A DNA stretch of 64,000 nucleotides from Eledone cirrhosa. Lineage: Eukaryota. Shown here in pieces: positions 13,509 through 26,578 of this stretch. The DNA lies in assembly GCA_964016885.1 (NCBI GenBank), contig OZ024741.1, forward strand, positions 126,790,001 through 126,854,000, written 5' to 3'. The notes beneath the pieces are model-generated. The model searched no databases and was not told the origin of the DNA. It saw nothing but the letters and a program-made list of their open reading frames with translations. The stretch's first letter is position 1. Every line of letters begins with the position of its first letter. The translations under genes were made by a program, and so were the position numbers.

Positions 13509-13825
13509 GACGGCTTCTACAATTTCCGTCTGCCAGCTGTGACTAACATCGCTATAGTGGAAGACTCTTGCATAAAGTACCACACGGTAGGTCTGAAACC
13601 GTATTTAGAATTCCGAAAGTTTGAATTTTATTTAAAGATATTAACAACTTGTAAAATGATTCTTAGAGAGAAAACGAATTCCAGCATATACAGCGTATGG
13701 CTTATAACAGGAAAATGTGTGTGTGTGTACTTATATATATACATAATTTGTGTGTGGGTGTATATTAAAATATATTTTAAGTATATTTGTACTTATAGAT
13801 AGATAATTCTGAAATATATGTATAC

Positions 13826-13889
<64 letters not shown>

Positions 13890-14475
13890 ATAATAATAAA
13901 TTTGAAGACTAAAATCCAAAGAGGGCTCGCTCGATAAGGATAAATATATAACAAATATATATATATATTGGCTTTGTATAATTGTATATTTATGCATGTG
14001 TGTGCCTGTCTTTGGGAACATAATGATCGGAATCAGCATAGAATTGCGTGTCCATGAAATTCACATAGTCAAATAACTTGTTCAAATGCATATTGACATG
14101 CAAACAAAATATGGAAATTGCAAATGGAAAGAAAATAAATCCCTGTGACTTTTCCAGCTGTGTGAAATAAGAGATCATAAAATATGGTGTATACATTAAT
14201 TCAAGAATTATCGTTTCTTCCATTGATTTCTTAAGAAATTTGTAGGAATTGAAGATAATCAATATAAATCAAACAATTCACGTTCGACATGCAGCACTAT
14301 GTTCAAGCTTCGTTTGGAACTCTTTTGGCTCTTATGAATCATTTATTGTGGCCACCAGGTGTCCCATATATACCATGAGGAAAATTTGGAAGACATAAAC
14401 AGTCACTGTTGAAATCTCCAAAACAGGATTGAAACCAATCCAACTAATTACATGTTTTCTATCCACTAATATATT

Positions 14476-14700
14476 TTAGATAAAAAGTGTTTACATCTCG
14501 TTGTATAAACAGTGTTGGCTACAAATCTGTAGATACATTCTGTAGGATATTATATAGCATTGAACAATATGCTCTTAATGTATCAGTAATTTAGTATACC
14601 CAATATACAAGATGTTTACATGACTGTATATAGTGTTGGCTAAACCGCTCTAGTTATATTCTGTAGTACAGCATACCATTGAAACAATAGACTCTTAATG
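14476..14700. repeat. Diverged tandem duplication, period about 120 bp
   Basis: tgtttacat...agtgttggcta...attctgtag...cattgaa...ctcttaatg occurs twice. Confidence 0.6.
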
Positions 14701-14744
14701 CTGCAGAATTTTATTAATCGAAGTAGCTGTCAAGTTATATATGC

Positions 14745-15250
14745 AAGTGGACGACACGTTCTCTGCCTCCAACTTAGTCGTTTTGGCCACAAACACTGGT
14801 ATCGCAGCCCCCGTGCAGAGGAGAGGGAGATAAATATATACCGGATATTGTCCGGCCGCTTCCTCTTTGCACCGGGCATACTTGGACCCCGTACTGTCGA
14901 GCTCCTCCGCAACATCGGAACGTCGGCGGTCCGTCTGAGGAAGAAGCCCCACGAGGTGGGGTGGCTGTTGCAGTGGGTGTCGCTGGCCATTGTCCACGCG
15001 AATGCTCTCGTGGGTTGTTCGCGGGGCGCATCCCTAATACCGCCGCGCCCTAGGCCCATACCCCAATTACCTTCATTTTCACCCCCTCCGCATTCTTCTG
15101 TGAAACTAGATCCCTTATCATCCTCCTTTTACGTTTATTTGTTTTTTCTCTATATATTTTCTCTATATATTTTCCTATTCTTTCTTCTCAATTTAAATTT
15201 TCTTTTTCTATTAAACTGTATTTATATGATATATTCCATAAATAAAAAAA
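14745..15250 (+). mobile_element. CRE-clade non-LTR retrotransposon 3' fragment (REL endonuclease C-terminus, 3' UTR, A-rich end)
   Basis: AEEREINIYRILSGRFLFAP...GPRTVELLRNIG...WLLQWVSLAIVHANA parallels 51974-52450. It ends aataaaaaaa. Confidence 0.65.
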
Positions 15251-17324
15251 GATTACGTTAAAGGGGGTCCACGGTGTTCTGGTGAATTACCAACACTGGA
15301 TTGAAATTAATCCGGCTGATCTCACCTTTTTCCATGGAGATATTTCATATAAGCACGTGTTTAAATGTGTCTTTACATACGATGTCTAAAAATCTACAAT
15401 CCTATTTTGTTATACCGTATAACATTGAAGAATAGACAGGCAACACACCATTTATTTGATATACAATATATGGCATCCGTCTATATACACAGTGTTTGTG
15501 ACAAAATTTGTAGATTTGTTTTAGCACGGAAACGCCAGCAGTTTATTGTTCAATGTATAGAGTTGAAGTCTCCCCGTAAGTACGAAACTCTTAGCCTTCA
15601 AAAACCCTGGTTTATCTTCACAGCCATAATAGAATTTATTGCTAAATACATATAAATAGAGGTATAGGGAATATAGGCAACTTATTGCCAGTATTTGTTT
15701 ACTTTAATGTTACAAATATCTGAAGTTGCATCAAGAAAATACATACATAACAGCATGGGAACTTCTACGTCGAGGCTCGGAATGCTAGAAATAGCAGCTA
15801 AATCATTATGCAGTAAGAGTAACAAATGGAATAGGAAATAGTCTATGTTTAGAGAAACATGGATACCCAATTGCGTATGTATAATTTGTTTATAAAAATG
15901 TTCAGTTGAAATAACAATAAAAAGAGATATGTTTATACTTAAAAAATGGATATCCAACAGTATGTGTATATTATATTTTAGCAAAGTACTAGAAATTGTT
16001 AAACAGTGAAAATAACAATGAAAGGAAAGTTTATACTGAGAGAAGAATAAATATCTAAAAGCGTGTGTTATGTTTATAACAAAGTACTTGAGTTTGGAGT
16101 TTGTTATATGAAGAGAATAAGAAATAGAAGAGATATGTAAGAATGTATAACTCATAGCATGTGTATATTATGTTTTTGACAAAGTCTCGAAATTTTGAAC
16201 TAAGTTCACAATCTCCCAGTACTGTCTCTAGAGATCCTAGGGCTGGTAACCTTGGTTTTCGTGATGGTGCTATTGAAAATGAATTTCGATTTTGCTTTGG
16301 TGATATTGTAATATTCAACAGTATGAAGTATTGGTTAAATAAAAATAAAATGTATGCTACACTAGCATTACCAATACTAATGCCACTGAGATGTTAGCAT
16401 GACTTCTGTAAACAAGGCATATTTATTTCTTACATAAACTACATCCTACATTTAATCTATGCTTCATAGCGAAATCTGAATGTATGGATGTACTATATTT
16501 TTTTTATTCTGTAAAGGACACATTTCTGTCGTAAAAGTATTTTTTCTTTTTTTTCTTTCATTGTTCTTTACTACTTATTTATTTGTTTACAGCTTTCTGA
16601 TACCATGGTTGGGCGCCACCTCTATTTAGCCGATCATATCGATCTCGTTTAGTTGAACAGCTATGTTCCAGAAAATAAACTCAGATGCAGATAATAACAT
16701 AAACACACACACACGTGTAGCCTCTATTTCTGGTTGTTTCCGTCATCGGTGACATTTACTCACTCGTTACTGAGACGTCGTAAAATGCGCTTATATATAC
16801 CCTTATGATAATCCACGCTATGTTAGTGCCACTTCTTATTAACTCTAACCAGTCAAGTTCGCATTATATGCAAATGAGCATCTCCAGCATGAGTAGACGG
16901 AAGCTGTTTGGAAGCCTTTTGCATGGACTGTACCTGAAATTCAAAAGCCAGCTTTGTCACAAACGTGTGTACGGAATCTTGAGCCACTTACACGTTCATT
17001 TCTTGGTCAAGCAGTTCCATTGATCGAACAACTGGTATACTCATCCACGAAACTAACGGAGGTCCATTTCATTTTGTCAGACTACGTAGATGAACAGTGG
17101 TGTTTACATAAAAGATTGTATATTGAGTGAAATCTATGTAAAGGACTATATAGATACAAATCTGAGGTATTATTATAAATTCGAGATATTAAATGAATGT
17201 GTGTTAGTTATATCACGTGTGGCTTAGTGGTTAATGTGGATTTCGATCCCTCGGCTGGACGATACAATGTGTTCTGGAACAGAATAGTTTTTACGTAGCT
17301 CCTACTACCAGAAGTTGCGCCGCA

Positions 17325-17562
17325 CAGATAATATCAGTAATGGAAAGACTAATGCAAACTTTGTTTCCTTGGTCCGATCTGGTGTTAGGTTTCTTCCTTC
17401 TGCAAGTTGTCCCTGACAGATAATATCAGCATATCAACAATGGAAGTTGCTAGTGGAAACTTTGTTTCATCGGTCCGATCTCACAATCGGTTCTTTTCTT
17501 CTGTCAGTAGCTGCGCCTGGCTGATAATATCAGCATACCAGCAATGGAAAGACTAATGGAAA
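17325..17562. repeat. About 2.5 diverged tandem copies of a 90-105-bp unit
   Basis: gataatatcag...aatggaa...aactttgtttc...ggtccgatct is repeated. Confidence 0.75.
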
Positions 17563-19325
17563 CGATTGGCGCCTTTTGTCATAACAATACAAGTAGCTGT
17601 TTTATGTGAACCTTTGACTCGAAGTTCTTAAACTTGGTCGCAAGTTTCCCTTTTCAATGAAATATTTCTTCGCTAGTTCCACTTGAGAAATATGTGAAAA
17701 TCAAACAAATAGAATATCATAAATCTTGTTTGCATTTCATTTCAATTCAATTGCAATGTTTAATGACCTCACATTCAATATATGTTTCGATATTGCTAAA
17801 GGAAGAAAATTAATATTGCTTTTAGAAAGAAAATATTGATTAAATCTTTATATATTACTACAAAAATTTGAACTGTATTTCGTAGGTTTTAGCCATAAAA
17901 TATCTGAAATATCAGAGTCAATAACTTAGTCTAGACTAAAATCAATTGATAATCGCTACATGACTGTGTTACTGGAAACAGGATGAATTTTTTTTGTCCA
18001 TTTCAAAATAGTTTCTGGAAGAAATTTGCTGTTGTCATATTTAACACTTTTAATACTAGAGCAGTCTTTCTCAAACTTTTCACCACCAATGACCGTTTTT
18101 ATTTAAAGACCCCCCTCCCCCACACACACACACATGTATTCCGTTATAGCTACTTTCTTCTTTCCAGGTTGTTATACTGAGAATAACAATCGAAAAATAG
18201 AAATATTTATACTTAGAAATGAATAGATACGCAGAAGTGTGTATAGAGTGTGTTTTGAACAAATTACTTACATTCGTTATGCACTGAGAATAAGAAATGA
18301 AAAGAATGTTTATATTTAGATAAGAATGCATATTATACAAAGTACTTGAAATGTTTAACTTAGTTTGCGGTCACCAATTCTGTTTTACACATCCACACAA
18401 ACATATCTATAAAGTACTTGGAATTTTGAATTTAATACAGACCCTCTGGCAACAGCCAGCTCCAGGTTCTGAACCCTTGTAATAGTGAAAGTGGTTTAGT
18501 TTCCTTACAACGCAATAAATAATATTATTTGAGAAGACATAAATGGCACAACTTCCCTTCTCTTATAAAATCAATAAGGGACGTTTGTTATTGGTCGTTG
18601 CTTTTATTTATCGCTGTACTGTTGTAAAAAAATGATATTTATTCGTTAGTTTAGAACACAGTGGGGAACGACGTAAACACTTAATACGAAGTAAATCTGT
18701 GCTTATTTCGCTTTTAACGTTTTAATCTAAATCACTAAATAAAGCTACTAATTTCCTGAAGAATGATACAGTAATCACAAAGATATTATCTGTGGTCTTG
18801 TGTGAATCTATATAAGAAATCAATATTACTGTCTTCTATTAATACAAATTGTTTCCGACTATTAGCATATACATATATATCATGAAAAAAATATATAAAC
18901 TAACGATAAACGCATAAAATTTGAATTCACACAGCGCCAACATTATAAATTTGTATTATCTGAGAATTTACGTCGGAGAATCAATACAAAAACCAAGGAA
19001 ATAGGGGAATCATGTATTGGAATTGATGATTGAATATAAAAGAAAATGTGACCAAGTCATTAATATTATATCAGGATCGACTACAACGAAAAGCCTTCGC
19101 GTTCGTAGTTATCTCTTTTATGGGATAACACGGAAGGTTTAGCATAAGCAGTAGCACTCTCTCGTTGCGACAGCGTCCCTTGGAGCTGTTATTCTTCAAA
19201 GTCGTTGCTACCTTTCTTCTTAGAAAGATAAATTTATTGCGTTCTCATTCAATAATGTATGGGCATTATGCAGTGATGATTTAGACGTGTCTTTATCTTC
19301 AAACTTCTGGTAGTTATGTCAGTCT

Positions 19326-19399
<74 letters not shown>

Positions 19400-19401
19400 G
19401 A

Positions 19402-19496
19402 GAAATGGCTTCTACGGGACTAGAACTGTTTCATTCGACGGCTTTCCTGATGAATTCCTTCGAATGAAAGAGTTCTAGTCCTGTAGAAGGCATTTC
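19402..19496 (+). ncRNA. Hairpin element containing a hammerhead core
   Basis: CTGATGA attc-cttc-gaat GAAA gagTTC lies inside a roughly 95-bp inverted repeat. Stem I is disrupted by the fold junction. Confidence 0.55.
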
Positions 19497-19617
19497 AATA
19501 TTAACTATTTATACTCTGCTATGTATTGAATACCTTACTTACTGTGCTTACCCCCGATTGAACCGGGGACACACACGCACACACACACACACATATATAT
19601 ATACATATATATATATG

Positions 19618-20146
19618 TAGATAAATCTATCAAAAGTTTACGGTAGTGTCCAATCCGTATGAAGAACTCAATGTAATCCGGATATCATGAAAAGAAGAGA
19701 TGCATTCAAAAATCACTTTCGGTGAAAGATAAACGGAATACAGAGTCAAGATAAAATATTAAAAAAATAATGAATAAAACAAAGAAACAGTTCCTTATAT
19801 TAAACAAAAAAAGTTCATTATTTAACGATCGTTTCTAGGACATATATGTGTTAGAATTGGCATGCATATTGAAAAGATCTATGTACAAAATTATACAAAC
19901 TATCAAGGAGAATATACATACCATCACATATATATGCTGTCTTCAGAAATAATCTGAAGACAGCATATATATGTGATGGTATGTATATTCTCCTTGATAG
20001 TTTGTATAATTTTGTACATAGATCTTTTCAATATGCATGCCAATTCTAACACATATATGTCCTAGAAACGATCGTTAAATAATGAACTTTTTTTGTTTAA
20101 TATAAGGAACTATTTCTTTGTTTTATTCATTATTTTTTTTATATTT
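19618..20146. mobile_element. Foldback element in (TA)n; palindrome about 19753-20146
   Basis: Near-perfect arms of about 195 bp centred near 19950. Same family as 4286-4746. Confidence 0.85.
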
Positions 20147-20416
20147 TATATATATATGTATATATATGTATGTATATATATGTATATATATATATGTATA
20201 TATATATATGTATGTATATATATGTATATATATATATATGTATATATATGTATATATATATATCATATAAAATAATACAGCCGATTATCCACACAATACA
20301 ATATAGTTAGCACCCCAAACGTTTAATTGGGAATATACTCCGGTATTTCCTAATGTTTGTTGAGTGAGTTGGAAATTGGTGAGAGTATCGGTAATAGCTT
20401 TCTCCGTTAATGTATT

Positions 20417-20934
<518 letters not shown>

Positions 20935-21363
20935 AGTGTGTGGGTGGGTGTGTGTGTATCTTATCTTCCCTTTTCAATCATATAAATATAAATATTCTTA
21001 CTTAACTCAGTTAATTTAATTTAATTTAATTTAATTTAATTTAATTTTAAATCATTCTCAATTTTAAATACATATTTATTTACATAAAATACAAAACCAA
21101 TATCCTTCATAACTCATTAGAACAACTATCTATAACATGATATACCCATCCATTTATTTATTTATTTATCTACTTATAAACGAATGAAAAATATATTATA
21201 AACAAATTTTAAACAACTAATAATCGTAAAATATCCTTTTAATATAAATACACATATTATTAAGATATCTATTTACATATATACATAGATAATTGTCCGG
21301 ATATATTTCCATAAAATTAACGGTATATGAGTTTTTTTTAATTCATCTTCGCTTTTTTCCTTC

Positions 21364-21463
<100 letters not shown>

Positions 21464-21883
21464 CTCTCTCTCTCTCACTATTTTGTCCTTCTCTTCTCTC
21501 TTCTCTCTCTCCATAGTCATTTAAATAAACGGTTGTTTTTCAATTATTAACATATTCATTTGCATATTCACCCATAAGTTTGAAAAATCCCTAATACATT
21601 TCAACTATCCAGAGAATATCCAACTGATAAGGTATACTTTTCCTGGGTATGTCTCTATTTATAAAACAAACATTATATTTTATCTGAAGAAAGCGTACCA
21701 AAGTCTTTTGGTACCCTTGAAATATATATAATAAAATAAATATGGTTTTATAATATAGATTCCATTTATTTAATATCATTGAATATTTACTCCAGTATAC
21801 TGTTGAATGCTCTAAATCAATTATAAACATTTATATTTGTCGGATTTCCAACAAATTAAATACCCCTTCTACTTATATGTATG

Positions 21884-21973
<90 letters not shown>

Positions 21974-21981
21974 CATATATA

Positions 21982-22073
21982 TAGAACTCGTTCCTATTAC
22001 CCACTCTACTACCCTAAGTATTGAGTACTTTGGTGCGTTATGGTCCACCTGGTTCCTTACCACGTTTCCTTCG

Positions 22074-22075
<2 letters not shown>
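21982..22075 (+). mobile_element. Isolated 3' terminus of the Nematis-like PLE family in (TA)n
   Basis: ttcctattacccactctactaccctaagtattgagtact...ttccttcgtta. Also found at about 28277-28358 and 56815-56965. Confidence 0.75.
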
Positions 22076-22112
<37 letters not shown>

Positions 22113-22265
22113 TATACTTGGGGAGGGTCATATTTGTGTAATATTGCCAGAATTAATAACAGAACACACTCACTGTTTGGTTGGTTTTCGCTTCTCGCTG
22201 TCTTTTATATCTATAATCTGACTTACTCGGTCCTCAATGTTGCCATTGACTGATATATATATCAG

Positions 22266-22813
22266 TGTAATCTGAGTTTTTCGAATATTTATAATAACAT
22301 TCGATTCGTTGGTAATTTTGCAAACAAGCCTCAATTTTATAACCATGTCAGTAGAATGAACACTTCATTCCTGCTCTTGTGTTGGCATGCGAACGGGTAT
22401 CACCCTTCATCAGTACAGCTTACTGGTCATCTGCCAAACTGTCCGAGCTAGTGAAAATATATGCTATTTTCAAAAATACACAGTGACTGATCGGCCTGAT
22501 TTGCATATTAGCAGGCTGGCTGATTAGTCACTGATCAGTCAGATCAGCATATTCGCAGATCCACTGATCAGCCAGATTGTATATCAGCAGACTGGCCGGT
22601 CAGTTTCCTGTATACGAGCGATAAATGGCCGGCTTTGCCAAATTCAAATAAAAAAGAAAATTTCGCTTTACATGGGTGAATACAATAAATGTAATCTGAG
22701 TTTTTTTAATATTAATAATAATATTCGATTCGTTTGCAATTTTGCAAACAAACCTCAATTCTATAGCGATGTCAGTAGAATGAACACTTCATTCTTGCTC
22801 TTGTGTTGGCATG
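22266..22813 (-). mobile_element. Retrozyme-like element: about 424-bp unit plus 124-bp partial tandem copy
   Basis: 22266-22390 is repeated at 22690-22813. Octamer at 22499-22506. CTGATGA plus stem II (gggt/accc) at 22395-22413, with GAAA replaced by GTTC. Confidence 0.55.
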
Positions 22814-22891
<78 letters not shown>

Positions 22892-23028
22892 TAGAAAGTG
22901 AGGGTTTTTTTACAAAATGAAAAATAACCGAGGTGTCCTACACGAGTGAAAGTATAAAGAAAAAGAGATGAAATCGAAAATGCAACTGGAGTCTTATTTT
23001 TTTTTTAAATATATATATTTATTTGGTT

Positions 23029-23066
23029 CCTTTACCGGTTTCGCAGTTCTTCTGCTTTACAAAAGG
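23029..23066 (-). ncRNA. Variant hammerhead motif
   Basis: cctt TTGTAAA gcag-aagaa-ctgc GAAA ccgg TA aagg. A second copy lies at 25847-25883. Confidence 0.5.
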
Positions 23067-23100
23067 TGAGTTGAGATGGAGGGTCTGTGGTTTTTCTCAC

Positions 23101-23139
<39 letters not shown>

Positions 23140-23240
23140 AATTTTTAGTATGTGTTGGTTGTTTACTGACACCTCAATATGAAGGTTGGAGCACTCAAAG
23201 AAGTGTGCAGGCTGGTTTGTTCACTCCGGAGTAATGTAAA

Positions 23241-23426
23241 ATAATTGTTTCTACTTTAGGCACAAGGCCAGCAAATACCCAGTACATTACTGGTACTTTA
23301 TTTTATCGACCCCATAAGGATGAAAGGCAAAGTTAACCTCGGCGGGATTTGAACTCAGATTGTAAAGGGACGTAACTATGCTAGAAAGCATGGCGTCCAA
23401 CCCTCTACCGATACTGCCAATTCACC
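23241..23426 (-). mobile_element. Full-length SINE family A with about 20-bp TSD
   Basis: ccggagtaatgtaaaataat is present on both sides. Confidence 0.9.
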
Positions 23427-23436
23427 GGAGTAATGT

Positions 23437-23780
23437 AAAATAATATGTCTAAGTCAAACATATTAAAGTTGGCTTCGTTCATTCTAATTCGCTGCTATAT
23501 ATATTTCAGTGACAGCCATTATTGGCTGTGACCTCATCAGGCAGTAAGAATTAAGGCAGAAAAAATAGGAAAACATGATGTAATGTGTTCTAGCCTGTTA
23601 ATTCATCGATATGTCCAGCTCCTGGGTGTGTTGTTAGTCCTCAAAGGAACTGGAATCATATATACAATTCTTACTGTCTGATGAAGTCACAGCCAATAAT
23701 GGCTGTTAATGAAATATATATAGCAGCGAATTAGAATGAACGAAGCCAACTTTAACATGTTTGACTTATACATATTATTT
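23437..23780. mobile_element. Short foldback with outward-facing hammerheads in both arms (23492-23544 minus, 23674-23726 plus)
   Basis: Inverted arms of about 115 bp. The plus copy reads ctgt CTGATGA agtcacagcca-ataa-tggctgttaat GAAA tatata TA gcag. Confidence 0.85.
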
Positions 23781-23795
23781 ATTTTATATATATAC

Positions 23796-24514
23796 TAGCA
23801 GTGGTACCCGGCGTTGCACGGGATAAGGTATTGTGAAATATATAACTGCCTTAGGTAAGTTTAGTATTGCCACAACAACGGCTGGTGGTACGTAAGTAAG
23901 CAACACTGTGGCTTAAAACACGAGGAAGAAGTTGTGTGCACTTACCAACTGTTTGGGGAATGAGTGTGAGAATTGTCTTGAGCAAGGGTGGCTAATATAA
24001 CCGGAGGCAGCAGACAGCCAGACATACAGACAGATATTATAAGGGCGCGTTCTGGACGCAGAGCGAATTGTAGGAAATGACGTAATGCAGACAGTCAGAC
24101 ATACAGACAGATATTATAAGGGCGCCACGATATATGTATCCAAAAAGAAAAAGAATAAGAATTATAGAGAGACATCGCTAAATCGCCTAATGCGGTCCCT
24201 AGGGCATTGAAAATTTGAGATTTACTTTGCTCAGAACCCTCCCTGAAACATGGTGGATTGGCAGTATCGGTAGAGGGTCGGACGCCATGCTTTCCAGCAT
24301 AGTTACGTCCCTTTACGATCTGAGTTCAAATCCCGCCGAGGTTGACTTTGCCTTTCATCCTTACGGGGTCGATAAAATAAAGTACCAGTAATGCACTGGG
24401 TAATTGCTGGCCTTGTGCCTAAAGTAGAAACAATTACATGTGTAAAGTTTGAAAACTGTCGGTTGGGTGCTTGTCTAGTTTTAGGGATTCAAACTCACAC
24501 ACACGCAGACATCC

Positions 24515-24530
<16 letters not shown>
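23796..24530 (-). mobile_element. Non-autonomous Helitron interrupted by a SINE
   Basis: ctagcagtggtacccggcgttgcacggg end resembles 6211. There is an internal cagacatacagacagatattataagggcg duplication, and the other end merges into (TA)n. Confidence 0.65.
24251..24436 (+). mobile_element. Full-length SINE family A
   Basis: Near-identical to 11717-11903. Confidence 0.9.
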
Positions 24531-24553
<23 letters not shown>

Positions 24554-24571
24554 CAGTATGTGTGTGTGCGA

Positions 24572-24625
<54 letters not shown>

Positions 24626-25239
24626 GTGAGCCTTCAGTGATTGTCTTTGATGTTGAAAGTGAATAATATCCTTATCGTCTTGTCTTTGAAAGGTCACCTG
24701 ATGCTAATATATATGTTTATTGTGTTAGATGTTGGCAGTAGTAGAAAGCATTTCGGCGGAGAGAAAACTAACAATAGACAGCACTTCAGACCACGAACGA
24801 CATTGATAAAGCTGCAATCTGTGTCCTTTATAGACCTATGTTGAGTGCTAAGTATTTCTTAAGAGATTTACACGGTGATTTTCCAGATAAAACTATTGTG
24901 AATCCTTTCTTAATTTGAAATCGTTAAGAAAATAAGAGTTATTCGTATTTGAGAAAAACATCGATGTTTCAAGTGGCTCAAACGGTAGAATTGTTAACAT
25001 TTAAGTTTGTTAAATATCTGAAACTGTATAGAACTGTTATTGAATTCTGTGTATTCTCTCTGAGGAATTAAATACTACGTTTTTGACTTTGTTTTGCAAG
25101 ATTCTTGACGTGAAATCGTGTGTTGTAAGAGATATTGGTATATTTGGAAAGGTCATGTTACCAATAAAAACACATGCATTAGTGGTTTTCACTTCAGTTT
25201 ATTGCGTATGTATTTATAGGCAGCTTCACCCTCCAAATG

Positions 25240-25363
<124 letters not shown>

Positions 25364-25618
25364 AAACGGAATAGAAAATGCTGACAAATAGTTTAATTAG
25401 GAATAAATGAGAATTGGTAATTGTATTGGTTAGTATTCAGTTTTGGTTTTAAGTTTTACCGGTTGCGCATTTCTAAAACCAAAACTGAATACTAACCAAT
25501 ACAATTACCAATTCTCATTTATTCCTAATTAAACTATTTTTCACTGTGAACAATTTGTCAGCATTTTCTATTCCGTTTACCAATATATAATAACTTGTGT
25601 TTAACACCTCTATTCTTT

Positions 25619-25620
<2 letters not shown>
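25364..25620. mobile_element. Foldback element in (TA)n
   Basis: Inverted arms centred near 25462. A related linear copy lies at 29120-29290. Confidence 0.8.
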
Positions 25621-25672
<52 letters not shown>

Positions 25673-25742
25673 GTTAAGTGGTTCAACAGATTCGTGGTTT
25701 ACTGAGGAAGGTACCAAACTCAGCACTCTATGCTATGACAGA

Positions 25743-25784
<42 letters not shown>

Positions 25785-25846
25785 AAAAAAGATGAAATCA
25801 AAAATGCAACTGTAGTCTTTTTTTTTAAATATATATTTATTCGGTT

Positions 25847-25883
25847 CCTTTACTGGTTTCGCAGTTCTTCTGCTTTTCAAAAG
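25847..25883 (-). ncRNA. Variant hammerhead motif (U3-A8 core)
   Basis: ctt TTGAAAA gcag-aagaa-ctgc GAAA ccag TA aag. Confidence 0.55.
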
Positions 25884-26038
25884 TAGAATTGAGATGGAGA
25901 GTTTGTGGTTTTTCTCACAGCTATATATATATATATAGTACTGGTCGTAGGCTTCCCCCTATCAAGTAATTTTAATTTTAGTTTTGTCTCCGTCTAAACA
26001 ACCTGTGTTCACCATGTTTCCCTTATAACTTATGCAAT

Positions 26039-26090
26039 GCACCTGATGATGTCACTGGAATGTTACTGGTCATTGAAATATATATAGTGC
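26039..26090 (+). ncRNA. Minimal hammerhead ribozyme
   Basis: gcac CTGATGA tgtcactgg...tggtcatt GAAA tatata TA gtgc. Stem II is imperfect. Confidence 0.7.
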
Positions 26091-26148
26091 CTGCAGAATA
26101 AAAACTTTAAAGGAATTTCAACTTTTCGTCCTCCTATCCTTTATTCAA

Positions 26149-26203
<55 letters not shown>

Positions 26204-26231
26204 CATTGGATCCAATGTCGATTTTGACAAT

Positions 26232-26400
26232 AAATCTTACGTCCCTTTACGTTCTGAGTTCAAATCCGGCAGAGGTTAGCTTTACTATTCATCCTTACGG
26301 GTTCGATAAAATAAAGTACCAGGAACGCACAGGGATCGATTTAATTGAATTTCCCCTTCCCTTTAAATTGCTGGCCTTGTGCTTAATGTAGAAACAATTA
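26232..26400 (+). mobile_element. SINE family A copy
   Basis: tacgtccctttacgttctgagttcaaatcc...cgataaaataaagtaccag...gtagaaacaatta. Confidence 0.85.
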
Positions 26401-26578
26401 TATATAAGTTTCCCCTTTCTTGGTAAGAATAGTAGTGATATGGTCATGGCTTTTAAAAATTCAAAGCTAGTCGACAAGGACGTTTATTGTACATAGACAT
26501 TTCGTGTAAAATGTTATATACAACCCCGGTCACGTCTCATATATACATACTTATATATATATACATACATATATACCC

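Noticed and set aside
21558-21565. Isolated octamers (also near 16868, 40676 and 44502)
   Set aside because: No TATA/hammerhead module follows at the expected spacing, so these are consistent with chance in AT-rich DNA.
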